A DNA stretch of 64,000 nucleotides from Hyphochytrium catenoides. Its lineage: Eukaryota; Protista; Hyphochytriomycota. Positions 37,756 through 50,004 of the stretch are shown one piece after another (the first letter of the stretch is position 1; each line of letters begins with the position of its first letter). The position numbers and the translations under genes are program-made. The notes below the pieces were generated by a model. It saw only the letters and a list, made by a program, of their open reading frames with translations, was not told where the DNA came from and did not search any database. Location of the stretch: positions 62,001 through 126,000 of the forward strand of contig FLMG01004535.1 of the NCBI GenBank assembly GCA_900088475.1, in the 5' to 3' direction.

Positions 37756-38257
37756 CGCATGGCACACTGTAGAACTGATGTCGCTGTCTCCAGGTCAGAT
37801 CACATCTCATTCTTTCATGACATATTTGGGTGAAATTAACGAAGCATTTCTGGTGGGTGGTGTTCAGAGTCAGCCTGGCAAATGCTGAAAGATTCAATAA
37901 TGAAGTTATGAATCAATCCTCTGCCGATCTTTGATCCTGTCCTCTTAACTGATTCGATAACTGCTCCATCTTCAACATCAAAGCAGAAACGGCAACATTC
38001 GCTTGCCCATCAAGGCGGCACCCTATACATTTCGGATAATCACATAATTACATGTCTACTATTTAAATAGAGTCTTTCTGTACTGATTTTAGATGAGAGA
38101 GTGGGTTTGATTGAAGCCGTGATAGCCCATAGACCCAAACTCACTCACGTCTCTTGTGTGAGGAACATGATGGCTGCACATAGAAAAGTTCGGAAGTTGG
38201 AAGGTCAAGCGCCAAAAGATTTCGCCACATTTCTTGTTTGTCCTTGCCTTTTTCTCT

Positions 38258-38289
<32 letters not shown>

Positions 38290-38751
38290 NNNNNNNNNNN
38301 NNNNNNNNNNNNNNNNNNNNNNNNNNNNNNNNNNNNNNNNNNNNNNNNNNNNNNNNNNTCTCTCTCGTCTCTCTCTCTCTCTTCTCTCACTCTCTCTCTC
38401 TCTCTCTTTTCTTTTCTCTCACCCTCGCTCACTATCTTGATCTCCCTCGCTCCACCCTCCCTCTGTCTCACTCTCTTTCTCTCCCTCCTCACTCGATCGT
38501 CACCCTCCCTCTTATGAGTACTCTTTGTCTCCATAAAACACCCCGTCACTCTCTGTCCCTTCCCCGCTCCTCTCTCTTCTCCCTCTTCTCCTCTCCTCTC
38601 CCACACCTAACCTACAGAGATCCATCAACAGCACGATTCCTCGGACTCGTGACCTTTCGGGCTGTCCCTCACATCAGAACCAGAGCGCAAGAGTGAAGCT
38701 TATCATCCGCTCGTCTGGGATCTTCAAGAGCCAAGGTCGTTGGAGAGCACC

Positions 38752-39850
38752 ATGAGTGTCACGGTCGCCCGCGATGGCAACAGGAGAGTGGGAGACATGA
38801 CGAGAGAGGAGCTCGACCAGTGTATCCGGGGTAATAATCGACTCAATTTCTGTCTGCTTTTCATCTTGAAGAGCTTACCGGGCTGTTGGCGATCTTGCTA
38901 CGCTTCTCAGACCTGATCTCCTGGCACAAGAGGCACGCGGAGCTTCCGGAGAGTGAGGCACCAAGCGCTGCAGGTGCAGTCATTTCTGTACTCGATGTCC
39001 CTCTCCTCTGCCTGGCTGATGACCGTGACTTCCATGGGCAGATTTCCAAGCATTAGAGAAGACAATAGACGCAGACTTCCCTCAGGTACCAGGAGAGGAG
39101 CTTTGAAAATCCTCTCTGCACTACCGACATCGTGCTCACTCTTCTCTTGAAGGACCTGAAGGCCCTGCTGAAGCAGCAGAACGGTGGCCTCTACTTCTAT
39201 GGCTATCGGAGTCTCTCCACAGAGGTAACATGTCTGGTCCCTTTGCCGCATATCGCGCAGCTGATTCCTCTTCATTTCTCCCTGTGTCTCTATAAGCTCA
39301 ATTTCCCTAGCATTAGACTCCTTTAACCTCGTCTCTTGCCTCTTATCTTGTGTCTTACCTTCTCTGCTTGGTCTTTCAATCCTCTACGTCTAATGTCCCA
39401 TAGTATGGTCTCCGCATCTTGGTGCCTCTTTTATGGATGATCCTTGGCCCAACCTGCTTTTAGACTTTCTCGCTCTGCCATGCCTGTCCATCTTTCGATA
39501 GATTTCTCCTTGGTTTCTTGGCAACTAAGTCCTCTTTCTCCTTCTCTCATTTATTGTCGTCTGTGCGCTCGAAGGAAATCCAACGTCGTCTCGCAGAGCT
39601 GCTGGGCTCAAAATCCTCTTGGCATGACACTTGGATCCCTTTTGCGGCAGACCCAGACGACAATCTGCTGGCGGTAGACGTGGGCAAGGAAGAAAACGTG
39701 TTAGAGTACAATGCGCAGGAGAAGAGCAGCGAGAACCTAGGTCGACCATTCGTCCAGTATCTGGAGCATTACAGAGACGAACTGTTAGGAGGACATATGG
39801 AGTTTGTCGATGGGGTGGGCATCGTGGAGAAGGCGAGCAGCAAGAAGTAA
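38752..39850 (+). CDS. stand-alone SUKH (SMI1/KNR4) domain protein, about 177 aa, 5 exons
   Basis: Joined protein MSVTVARDGNRRVGDMTREELDQCIRDLISWHK..PSAADFQALEKTIDADFPQDLKALLKQQNGG..WIPFAADPDDNLLAVD..VLEY..PFVQYLEHYRDEL. The pattern LEK..xP.DL..L...NGG / IPFA.D..N...D / F..YL is typical of SUKH. Confidence 0.78.
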
Positions 39851-40200
39851 GAAGGTATATTGGCTCTTCGGTCAAGGGAAACTGTCTGCGCTCGCCAAAG
39901 TGTGCCTTTATCGGGCTCTTGAAGAGCTTCTCCACGATGCTGTAGCTCTTGCTGATGGATCGACAGACTATCAATCAACCGCGCCATGTGGAAGACGGCA
40001 AAGTTGTTATGAAACAGAGAGAAGACAGGGACGGACTAGCACACGCGCCATGGCTAAGAGATTCTTCACATCCAGGCTCACAGAGCACTTGTATGATTTA
40101 CCAGGGCCATGGTACAAGCTATAGAAGATCCTCATCACGGATGTAAACAAAAGCCATAAATAGTGTTTATTTGTAGCCCCTCGGCGAAGTGCGATTTCTC

Positions 40201-41595
40201 TTAGGATGTCTCTACCTTCATACGCACGTATCGACTTCCCTTCTGGCTCATGAGAGACTCATGACGCCGCCGAAGATATATGGCGAAGACCCAGATAAGC
40301 CCAATGATGATGATGAGAGTGCCCATTACTGCGGGAAAGGAGAGGCGAGCGGCGGGATTTTCCATGTCAACCGACTTCTCCAAGGCACGTTCCACCGAGA
40401 TTGTAACTTTGTCCGCCGCTACGAGGGGGCAAAACGTCCCTGTAGTGCGCAGGGCACTAGTTGGCGTCTTTACCTGTTCCTGGAGGTCCTCCACAATCTG
40501 ATCCACAGTCTTCTCCTTTGCGGACATGACGGGAAGGATATCGAAATGCACTCTTAGGCCCTCACTCAAGCGTGCCACGGAAAGCCTCTCTTTGTGCACC
40601 TGCAGCGCATTGGCCAGCTCTGTGATGAAAGCCGTCACAAAGCGCTCTCTTACTCTGGCATCAAAGGTGACGTCCTCGTACTGCAGCTGGATGGGATAGA
40701 TGACCCGGGCAATAGTGGTACCGCACTGCATCAAGTGGCAGCTCAGACCTTCGGAAGGGCGAGGCTCAAACTCTTCACAACGCGATGCCTCTTTCTCTTC
40801 AGCAATCTCATTGTTGATAAACTTCATACATTTAACTTTGCGCCGCTGATAGCCACCATTGCATCCTGCGTCACACAGCTCCCACTCTGTCGGTTTCCAG
40901 AAGTAGTAGGGAGTAGTTCTCGCAGTGCTGCAGTCAGGAGAGAGTGAATAGCCGGGTTTGCAGATGCAGACTGCCTGGTCATCTTCATAGTCTGGTACAC
41001 AAAGGCCTTGGTTGGAGCAGCCGACGAACAGGCACATATTTGTCGGTCTGATGGGCGTTACTGGCTTAGAAGGCGCCGAGGCTATCGAGTTGCCTACTTG
41101 ATTGGTCGCAAAGACCTTGAAATAGTAGCGGACGCCATTCACAAGGCCGCCCACGACGGCACTAGTGGTACCCGTGCCTCCAGAGACCGTGAGTGAGGTC
41201 GCTTCTCTGTCTTCTTGAGTTCCATTGATGTTGTCCATGAAGCCTAGGACGGTATAGGAAAGTATGGGATAGCCCCCATCTTCTGTAGGGGCTTTCCAAC
41301 CGACAACCACGGACTTATCTCCCGCATTCGCTTGAACGTTTGTTGGCGGAGCGGGAAGACCCTTGAGGCTCGATGGAGCTGTGGACACTGTGGCAGTAGC
41401 GCTGAGGGTCAGAGTCGTACGGTTCTCCTCTACCTCTTCACTCAATTTGTTCGGTACATGAGAAGAAGGACCATCTAAGCCCCTCAGAGCTTGCAAAGAT
41501 GCTGGAATAGCTGAGTCTGAGCACAGCACCGACGTCTGTTTCAGAAGTGTCACTAGGGCCACAAGGACGAGAGAAAGCACGCTGGTAATGATCAT
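40201..41595 (-). CDS. type I membrane protein: signal peptide, FN3, EGF, TSP1, SEA-like region, TM; intronless
   Basis: FN3 PAPPTNVQA..VGWKAP..DGGYPILSY..GLVNGVRYYFKVFATNQVGNS. EGF CSNQGLC..CICKPGY. TSP1 WKPTEWELCDAGCNGGYQRRKVKC. TM VMGTLIIIIGLIWVFAIYL followed by RRRH. Confidence 0.9.
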   Translation of the reverse strand: MIITSVLSLVLVALVTLLKQTSVLCSDSAIPASLQALRGLDGPSSHVPNKLSEEVEENRTTLTLSATATVSTAPSSLKGLPAPPTNVQANAGDKSVVVGWKAPTEDGGYPILSYTVLGFMDNINGTQEDREATSLTVSGGTGTTSAVVGGLVNGVRYYFKVFATNQVGNSIASAPSKPVTPIRPTNMCLFVGCSNQGLCVPDYEDDQAVCICKPGYSLSPDCSTARTTPYYFWKPTEWELCDAGCNGGYQRRKVKCMKFINNEIAEEKEASRCEEFEPRPSEGLSCHLMQCGTTIARVIYPIQLQYEDVTFDARVRERFVTAFITELANALQVHKERLSVARLSEGLRVHFDILPVMSAKEKTVDQIVEDLQEQVKTPTSALRTTGTFCPLVAADKVTISVERALEKSVDMENPAARLSFPAVMGTLIIIIGLIWVFAIYLRRRHESLMSQKGSRYVRMKVETS

Positions 41596-42338
41596 CTGTC
41601 TTCTGTCAGTGCTGCGGAGTGTTAAGACAGACCAGAGTGGTAAGGAGCTGAACTAGACGCAGGTAGTAGAAAGACCTCCTTTCACACAGCTTAACCGTGA
41701 AGAGCCACCTAACCCCTTCATCTTCGCAGTGATTCTCTCATTTTGCTCTGGCTCATCCAGAAAGGAACTCTCTACTACGACACAATCAACAAGACCAACG
41801 ACGAAAGTGCTGCGCAAGAAGAGGCCAAACGCCGCCTGATGGACTCTTCAGTCTCCTGCTAGGTGTGGCCGACGTCTGCAGAGCTGATGCGCAGCACGAG
41901 AGCTCAAAATGAAGCGATTAAAGCTCTGTTGCCGCTTGCCTACCAGATCACCTTGCTCTCGTCCTTCCCAGATGACAGACAGAGATCAAAGTCTTCACCA
42001 TAAAGGCCCAGAAATAATCCTCAAAATGTTGGCTCAGATCTCTGTTTCGATTCCCTTCTCTGGATCATCATCGGCCCGTCACGACAGTTCCTTGTACAAG
42101 TACAGTCACAGACAGATGTACGTACGCACACCGTACTGTTGTACTGATGAACAGCTGTAGGGCTCGGTGATTACTGCTACTGTACCTGCTCTGGTTTGAA
42201 GACAGATTTATCACGTTGTTGTTCGCAGCGGTAGTTTGTGCGTTCATAGTACAAGATAGCCGTTTGCGGTTAGGATGGACATTGATTCTGGGGATAAAAG
42301 ATGTGTTCGCAGATCAGAAGCAGTTTACAGTACCTCTT

Positions 42339-42560
<222 letters not shown>

Positions 42561-42993
42561 TTCCTTCTCTATCTCCCTCGTTCGTCTTCATGTCATTTTT
42601 CTCCCGTCGTCTTTATTTCCTCTTTCCTCACGAAACGAACAGGTCCGTGGCTGTGCAAAAGGCTAATCTTTCAGCTCACCCTGCGGCCCGTGTGCACAAG
42701 AAATTCTCTTCCCGCCTTACGTCACCGCGCACCTGTTGGCAATCTTTTCTCCGTCCCCGAAGCTTCAGGCACTGATCCGCAAGAGAAGCGAGGACCCTGG
42801 GGATGCTAAGGCACACAGCTCCAGCTGCAGCTCCGCCCCAGCGCCCGGGCGGCCAATTAGCGGTCAGAGCGGAGATACAGAAGCTCCTGCTACTGCAGAC
42901 AGGAGAGGCACCACCTACGTCCCTTTGAGACCCCAAAAAAGAAAAAGAGAGAGAGAGAGACAGACAGAGAAGTCAGCATAGGTATAGGACCCG

Positions 42994-43810
42994 ATGGGCT
43001 TGGCAGCAGGCCCAAAGAGTGCCTTTCACTCTGTTTGGAAGCAAGGTCCGTCCCAAGCGAGAGGTAGTGTTCCTTCATAGACTTACAGACCGCTCCATCC
43101 TCTCCTCGTCTCTCTCTGGCATGCACTGTGTCCGCAGCCCCCGCGTCTCTTCAGGCCAGAATCTTCAATCGTCAGGTCGCGCCTCAGATTCGGTGGTGGC
43201 TGCGCTTCCTTTCGAATTATGAGGATGATCCTCACGGCTTCAATAGAAATAGGACCTTGATGCACGCCTCGTCCAAGCAGATGGGCCTGCTGCAGATCGC
43301 CTATGCGCGGTAGATCCCCATTTCTCTTTTACATTCTCTCTCTCTCTCTCACACACATTTTCTCTCTCTTTCTTACATTCTCTCCCTCCCTCTCTGCCTG
43401 TCTCTTCCTCTTCCGGGTTGCCTTAGACGTCAAGTTGCACTCCTCTTCCTTCACGCCGTCATCTCCACGCGTCCTTTTTCCCTCTCTCTCTCTCTTCTTT
43501 CTCTTCCTCTTGCCTAACTCGACCCTGACCCTTTGTCTTTATTATCTTTGCCAACCTTACCTGCCTCGCACGCTGCTCTTGCCTTGCACGCGGCTTAGGC
43601 GCATGGGCAAGGTGCAGGTGTCAGAGTTCATGGCTCCCTCAGGAGGTGACACTCCCCTGCGCATGCAAAAGATCGAGCCTAGAGACAAGGACCCTGCCGA
43701 AGAGCGCTCAATATTCTACATCCATGGTAACACCTGGCAGTGCCCTGTCTGCCAAATATACTGTCGTCGCCGACTACTTCCCGCAGTATGCCTCTCCTTC
43801 GTCTTGGGTG

Positions 43811-43843
<33 letters not shown>

Positions 43844-44893
43844 ACTCTCTCTCTGTCTCTCTCTTTTTTTGCTCTTTTCCTTGTTATTTTTCATTAATAT
43901 GCACGGATCTCGCTCTTCTTACGTCCTCTATGTGGGGTCTAATGCTTGCCTCGCCTCTATTTCTTTCTATCTGCATCTTTCTCTTCTCTCTCCTGCTTTT
44001 TCAGGCGGTGGATTTGTGATTGGGAGCCTGTACACTCACTTACCCATCACTCTGACCTTGGCGGAGCTATCGGGGGCGACAGTGTACAGCCTGGACTATC
44101 GATTGGCGCCAGAGTACCGCCACCCAGCTCCGATAGAGGACGTTAGAACGGCGTACGAGTGGCTGCTGGAGGAGAAGATGATGCTTCCGGGTAAAGATCG
44201 TGCCCCATGCGATCTACCTTCTCTCTCTCTCTCCCTCCACCAAAATCCATCTCTTTCTCTTTTTTTCAGCCGGCTTCCACAGTTCTTAATCATCTCGTGG
44301 TCTTGCTTCTTTGAGGTTCTTTGTTTCAAACGTTTATGGCTGAAGATTGCGACTTATGTCCACGTTTCTCTTGCGCAGGCTCATTCGCCCTTGCAGGCGA
44401 GTCAGCTGGTGGAAATCTCGTGGTCAATGCTGTCGTGCGCGCGCTGGAGGAGAGACTTCCACTTCCTGAGGCCGTCGTGTGTTTCTCTCCATGGCTTGAC
44501 CTTACAATGTCAGGCGACTCTGCCAAGACTAACGCAGCGACAGACCCGATGATCCCCATTGAAGCCACACACATAGCAGCTCGACTCTATGCAGAAGGAG
44601 AAGAAGAAAGGGCCGACCCCTCAGTCTCTCCTATATTTCTCAAGCCAGACAAACTGAAGGGCTTTCCTCCCACCATGTTCCAAGTGGGATCGACAGAGAT
44701 TCTCGTGGACGACTCCCGCCGTATGGCGACTCTGCTGAAGGAGGCTGGCGCTCTTGTGGACCTTCAGGTGTGGCAGCAGGTCTGCCATGCGTGGCAGATC
44801 TTCCATCCCTGGGTGCCCGAAGCCACAGCATCTCTCAAGGAGGCAGCAAGCTTTATCCGGCGTTACACGGGAGGAGAAGAGGATGATTACTGA
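42994..44893 (+). CDS. alpha/beta hydrolase fold-3 (HSL family) esterase/lipase, about 5 exons; 5' end uncertain
   Basis: IFYIHG|GGF oxyanion loop, LDYRLAPEYRHPAPIED, nucleophile GESAGGNL, SPWLDL, VSPIF, FPPTMFQVGSTEILVDDS, catalytic His in VCHAWQ. Exons joined at GT-AG sites. Confidence 0.92.
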
Positions 44894-47800
44894 GGACACC
44901 AAAGACATGCCAGTGAAGGGAAAATGGGAGAAGGTTTCTATTCTTGATCATTAGAGCTCATTAGGAGGCCACCGCGTGGTAGTGCTGACGAAGATCGAGG
45001 AGAGGGAGACCGTAAACTGCTATCATACTGTGACTTCCCACAGACCGCTGCGAGACCTTCAACAAGCCCAAGGAAGGAGTAGATCCCGGACGATGACGAA
45101 CTTCTTGGCAACTGTACTATTGCCCTCCTCCTTCTTCCCTCTTCTTTGGGCTTAGCAACATTCTCTCTCTCTCTCGTTTCATCTCTCACTCTCTCTCTAC
45201 ACCGCGCTCTTCTTAATACTCTCCAGATCCGTACTCAGGGTAGCTACTGATGCAGGCTTTTCTCCCTAGTAGTCTGCAGAAATGAGACGAATGCATAGTA
45301 GTACGAGGGTCTAGCTACTCTGTAAGGAGCACTTGTTCTTTGTAGATCTTTCCTAATAGATTAAGAGGAACAAACAGCAATCAGCAATGGAGTCTCAGTC
45401 TAACTCCAATGCGCTCGAGAGTGAAGGCGGCGCCGCGGTACAAAGAGAAGGGACATGGCAGAGAAAACAAAGGCTGTTGAAGAGGATGAAAGAAGAGGGC
45501 AGCAGAAGTGTGATGATCAAGGCGAATAGACCATTGCTCCTACTAAGGAGTAGCATTTTCGACAAGCGGCGGAGAGAAATGATATGCAAAGATATCTCTG
45601 CAAAGATATCTCTCCTTCCTTCCCCACTAAAAAATATGGCTCCGTCACAAGTTTTTGGATGGAGCCTTCCCTCCATGTGGAGTCTTCTCCTTCCTGGAGG
45701 AGGAACTTCATACAACGATTAGCTTGTTCCACTTCTTCTCTCTGCCTCTGTTCTTGCTTCCAGTGCCAGCGGTGATGATTAGGTGCAGGAGGCATTGCCC
45801 GCCAGAATGGAAGAGAGGTCTGACCACCCCTCCTCCGCACTGCCTAGCAGCTTCCTCTTCTCATCGACGCCTAGATCTAATCTTGTCCAATCTAGTTCTA
45901 CTGGCTCTTCATAGACAACCAAAAGGTTCACAAGGAAGAGAGGATCCTATTCCTCTTCAACCTTCCGCCGTGCTCCTGTCTCATCCTTGTGGAATGGCTA
46001 CAAGCTATCAGCAACGTGATCAAGAGAGGAGCGAATGTGATGTTTGAGTGCTAGTCTTAGACCTCTCAAAAGTAAGTTCGTTCAGAGCAAGTGTTCAGAC
46101 AAACAGGGAGAAGATGCAGAGGAGGAAGAAGGAGGAGAGAGAACGAGACAGTGCGGTGAGGCAACGGGTGATGAAGAGGACAGTGACAGGCAGGAAAAAA
46201 AGCCCGGCACAACGACTCTGGACTCTATAATCCAGGATAATGTTTCTATACATATTGAGAACGAAAGATCCAGCTTCTACTTTCTCTGGACACTACGAAT
46301 GTATGTGGAAGAGTCACAATGGAGTTGTCCAAAAGTTGGGGAAGTACAGCGCTACTAGCACGTGCGACAAGAAGGCTTGTTCCAGGTGATCTCAAGAGCA
46401 GTACCTGAGCTGGCCTGGTTGACTAGGGAAAGAGAATCTAGAGAGAGGAGCGCCACATCCTTCTCGAAAAGACTTAACCTGATCATAGAGTTCCCATGCC
46501 GTACTCGTTGATCTCCTCGTCCTTTCACCTGACAATGGAACAAGGAAAGACACGTGGGGTCACTTCTGATACAATCTTCTCTCCCCTGTTCTCGCACATT
46601 CTCTGTTCTTTCTTCTCTTCCTTCGTGATCTTCTCTCTCTCTCCAAGTGCCATGATGACCACAGCCTCCTCCTCCTCCATGTGCTGCTGACCCTACAGCA
46701 GCTGGGCGTACCGTACAGCTCAGCTCTCCGAGAGACCCGCCCAGAACTTTTGGACCGACCAACAGCGCCTCATGAAGAGGAGACATCACCAGCAGTAAAG
46801 TGCCTGCCTGCCGGCCAAAGAAAGACGACGCTCTTCCCAAGAAAAATGCGAGCAAAAGATTAGAAAAGCAGCATGTTGTCTGGGCACAACGGGCAACGAA
46901 GAAGACGGAGGAGGAAGAGGAGGAGGAGGAGGAAGAAGAGGACGGGTCCGTGGATAAGTCCTGTAATTACTTGTACATCGTACTTATACTTGGTAAGGTC
47001 TTTCCACGCTTTCTAAAGTCCGAGGAATTGTATAATGTAAAACGGTAGTGCACCCTCCTCTTCCGTTTTACCAATTGTAAGTATTTTCTACGCGCCAAGT
47101 GGTACTTACTTAACTCTTGCAATTGCAGGCCGGTGGATCCCTGGTGGTGAGAAAGGGCAAGAGTATATAAAGCGAGCACTTCCAGTACGAAGAGCAGAAG
47201 GTACTTGGAGCTTTATAGACGTCCTGTCCTCAGGTATCATCATCCCTTTCTAATGACCTGTGATAATAACCTGCAGGCCACTACGGGGCAGTAGTAGGAA
47301 CACAACAGGAGCGACATCAGCAGCAGCAGTAGCAATGGCAGTAGGAGCAGCAAGGAGGAGCAGCGCAGCAGGAGCATCCTGGTCAATCCGTAGAACTACT
47401 AGCTTTCGTCGTAGAACTACACCGTATCAGAGTTGGTAAGGATATAGCACTACCGCCCTCATCACCAGAGAAAAGCGGACCCAAATGAAGACAAAGACTC
47501 CATTTCTAGAGTTTATCAGAGGCACTACGTTCATTTTTATATCTAAACAGCTTGTCGAACACCTTTGTACGAGCTAGCAGCCGACCCACCTTCAAGGAAT
47601 GAGTTGTGTGCCTCTCGCGCCGTGAAAAATATCTTCGACCCTTTCTCAACGCTGGCTCTGTTTCTGTCTCCTTCACCACTCCCTGACAATATCTGTTATT
47701 TGACACTGACTCTTGGCTTTTAGAACCACCTAGGAAGCGATAAAAAGGGAACATGAAGAAGGAAGAGCTGCGGACGACACGAACAGAGATCAGCGCCATT

Positions 47801-50004
47801 GGCACGAGCCACTTTGCAATGCTGTAGTTCTAGTTCCATCCTGAGTATATGAGAGCTACCTCCAAACGTCCTCTAAGATCATCAGCTAGTGGGAAACATC
47901 TTATAAAGAAAAGGGAGCCTCAGTTGATGACCAGTGAGACAGGCCGTTGGATGTTGTGAACCTGACCCCTAGTGTCCGTCACACTACCCTCAATGTTTGG
48001 TCTTATGTAGTCGCAATTAGATGGTTGATGAAAACACCACTGACACCTCGGCACATCAGTCATAGCATCCATCTCGTCTTGGTTTTGTCTAAGTGGCTCT
48101 GTGATGAAGTTCTGACCTTTCTTCCCCCTTTGCTAACACTCCACCAAGTCCTGACATCCAGCTCTGCTAAACGACAGGGGCACACTGGACGGTTCTTGGC
48201 GGACCACCAGCCTCGAGTCACTCAGACTCTCAGGTGACTCTACTACTACTACCGGCTCACTGACTTATAACCCTACTTCTGGAGTTGTTTGTCAGAGAAA
48301 AAGGGATCTCCTCTTTGTCCGTGCGTTGTTCGACTGACTCGGTCTCTCGTCACTCTCTCTTTCTATCATTTCTGTCGCGTGAAAGTTTGGATACTCAGGT
48401 CGCGCGAAGGTACTTCCTCCCGCCTCTCTCCCACAGCACTGTGGGCCGAGTTCTAGTCAGACGCGCTAGTGCCTCAACCACTACTGAAAGATTCAGAAAC
48501 GTTGCTTAGTTTCAATCTTTCCGGTTACTACAGCCAGGATGAAGAAGAATTAAATATTTCACCTCCTTTGTTTCATTTCCGAAAGAGCAAAACAGTTGCT
48601 GAGGCCACGACCCACTCCTGGAGTAGAACACAACGTCCTCTCCTCTCCTCTCTCTCTCTCTCTCTNNNNNNNNNNNNNNNNNNNNNNNNTCTCTCTCTCT
48701 CTCTCTCTCTTTTCTCCTTCTCACCCACTAAATCTCTCTCTGTCTCTCTCTCTCTTTTTCTCTTTCCCTGTCTCCCTCTCGCTCTGTCACTCTCTCTATC
48801 CTTTTCTCTCTCTCGGTGTGTGTGTCTCTCTCTCTCTACTCTGAGTCTCTCTCTCTGCCTCTAATATATCTGCCTCTAGCTTCTCCCGCTCTCTTACTCG
48901 TTCCTTTTTATTTATAATCTTTCTCCTTTCGGTTGAGAGAACCAGTAGAACTAGTGAGTGACCTGGAGTACTGCTAATACTACTCAGTCGAGTCAGACCC
49001 TAAGACAGAAAGGTGGGAGGTCTAAGATGCTTCTCTCTTCTCATGGGCTCAATGGGCTGAGTGCAGCCGTCACCTCAATGGAGAGGAAGGGAAGCTGGGC
49101 CGAAGAGGTACGAGGTACGAGGAGAGCAGCTTTGGCTGGGGCCAGAAGAGGGATAGATGGATGCTTCTATGTTGTTGGCAGGTGCAAATAGAATAGAGAT
49201 GCGGCTGCTGTTCATGCAGGAGCAAGAAGGGCAAAGAGCAGAGAACAGGGAGAGAAGCCAGAACGGGAAGAGGGAAGTCGAGACAATTTTTTGTCGTGGA
49301 CTGGGAGGGGAAGCACCCAAGGTGCTCCTCAAAGTCGTAGCTCATCAGCCTGAGCAAGGGGAAGAAAGAGAGAGCAGCTATGAGAAGGGACAGGATCCAT
49401 CTGACCAGTTCATGGTCAGAAAAAATATTCTCCAGGGTTGGGTTCCCCCCTGCTCTCTCCTGCCCTGCTCTCTCTCCCTCTCTGTCTCTCTCTCTCTCTC
49501 TTCTCTCCTCCTCCTCTCTTCCTCCTCTCTCTCTCTAACTTGGCTCGTACTGCGATGCTACGAGTCAGTGTATGTCTCTTGGGCCTTGTGTCTGAGTCTT
49601 TTTAAGGCGAAAGGCCAACAAAGGGCCTCGTCCTACTTCTACTGTGTGCCACTCTTTTCCCCTCTTTCCTCTCTGCTTTCTTGTCTCGTTGAACCTCCTA
49701 GTGAGAGAGAACAAGGAGCTATAGAAAGAGAAGAGAGAAAGAAGGGGAGCACTTTTTTCCATTTATTTAAAGGCTTCTTCGTCTCATCATCTTGGCCGTC
49801 CGGCACTTCTCTTTCATTCCTCTTTTGAACCTGCAGCGCGCAAGAACTGGCGCGGACACACTCTCCGCCCATAACTCTTTGTCTGTCTATCTAGACGCGC
49901 TCCCAATTTCTCAGTCGCGCCCCACACCGACTGATAAACCCCCTCTCTCCCTACATTCGCCCAGCAAAAGTTCTCTCTCTTCTTTTCTCTTTTTCTCTCG
50001 CGCC

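Noticed and set aside
45585-45612. 14-bp tandem duplication tgcaaagatatctc x2 (and an 18-bp duplication near 14951-14990)
   Set aside because: Isolated two-copy slippage events with no terminal inverted repeats or element between them.
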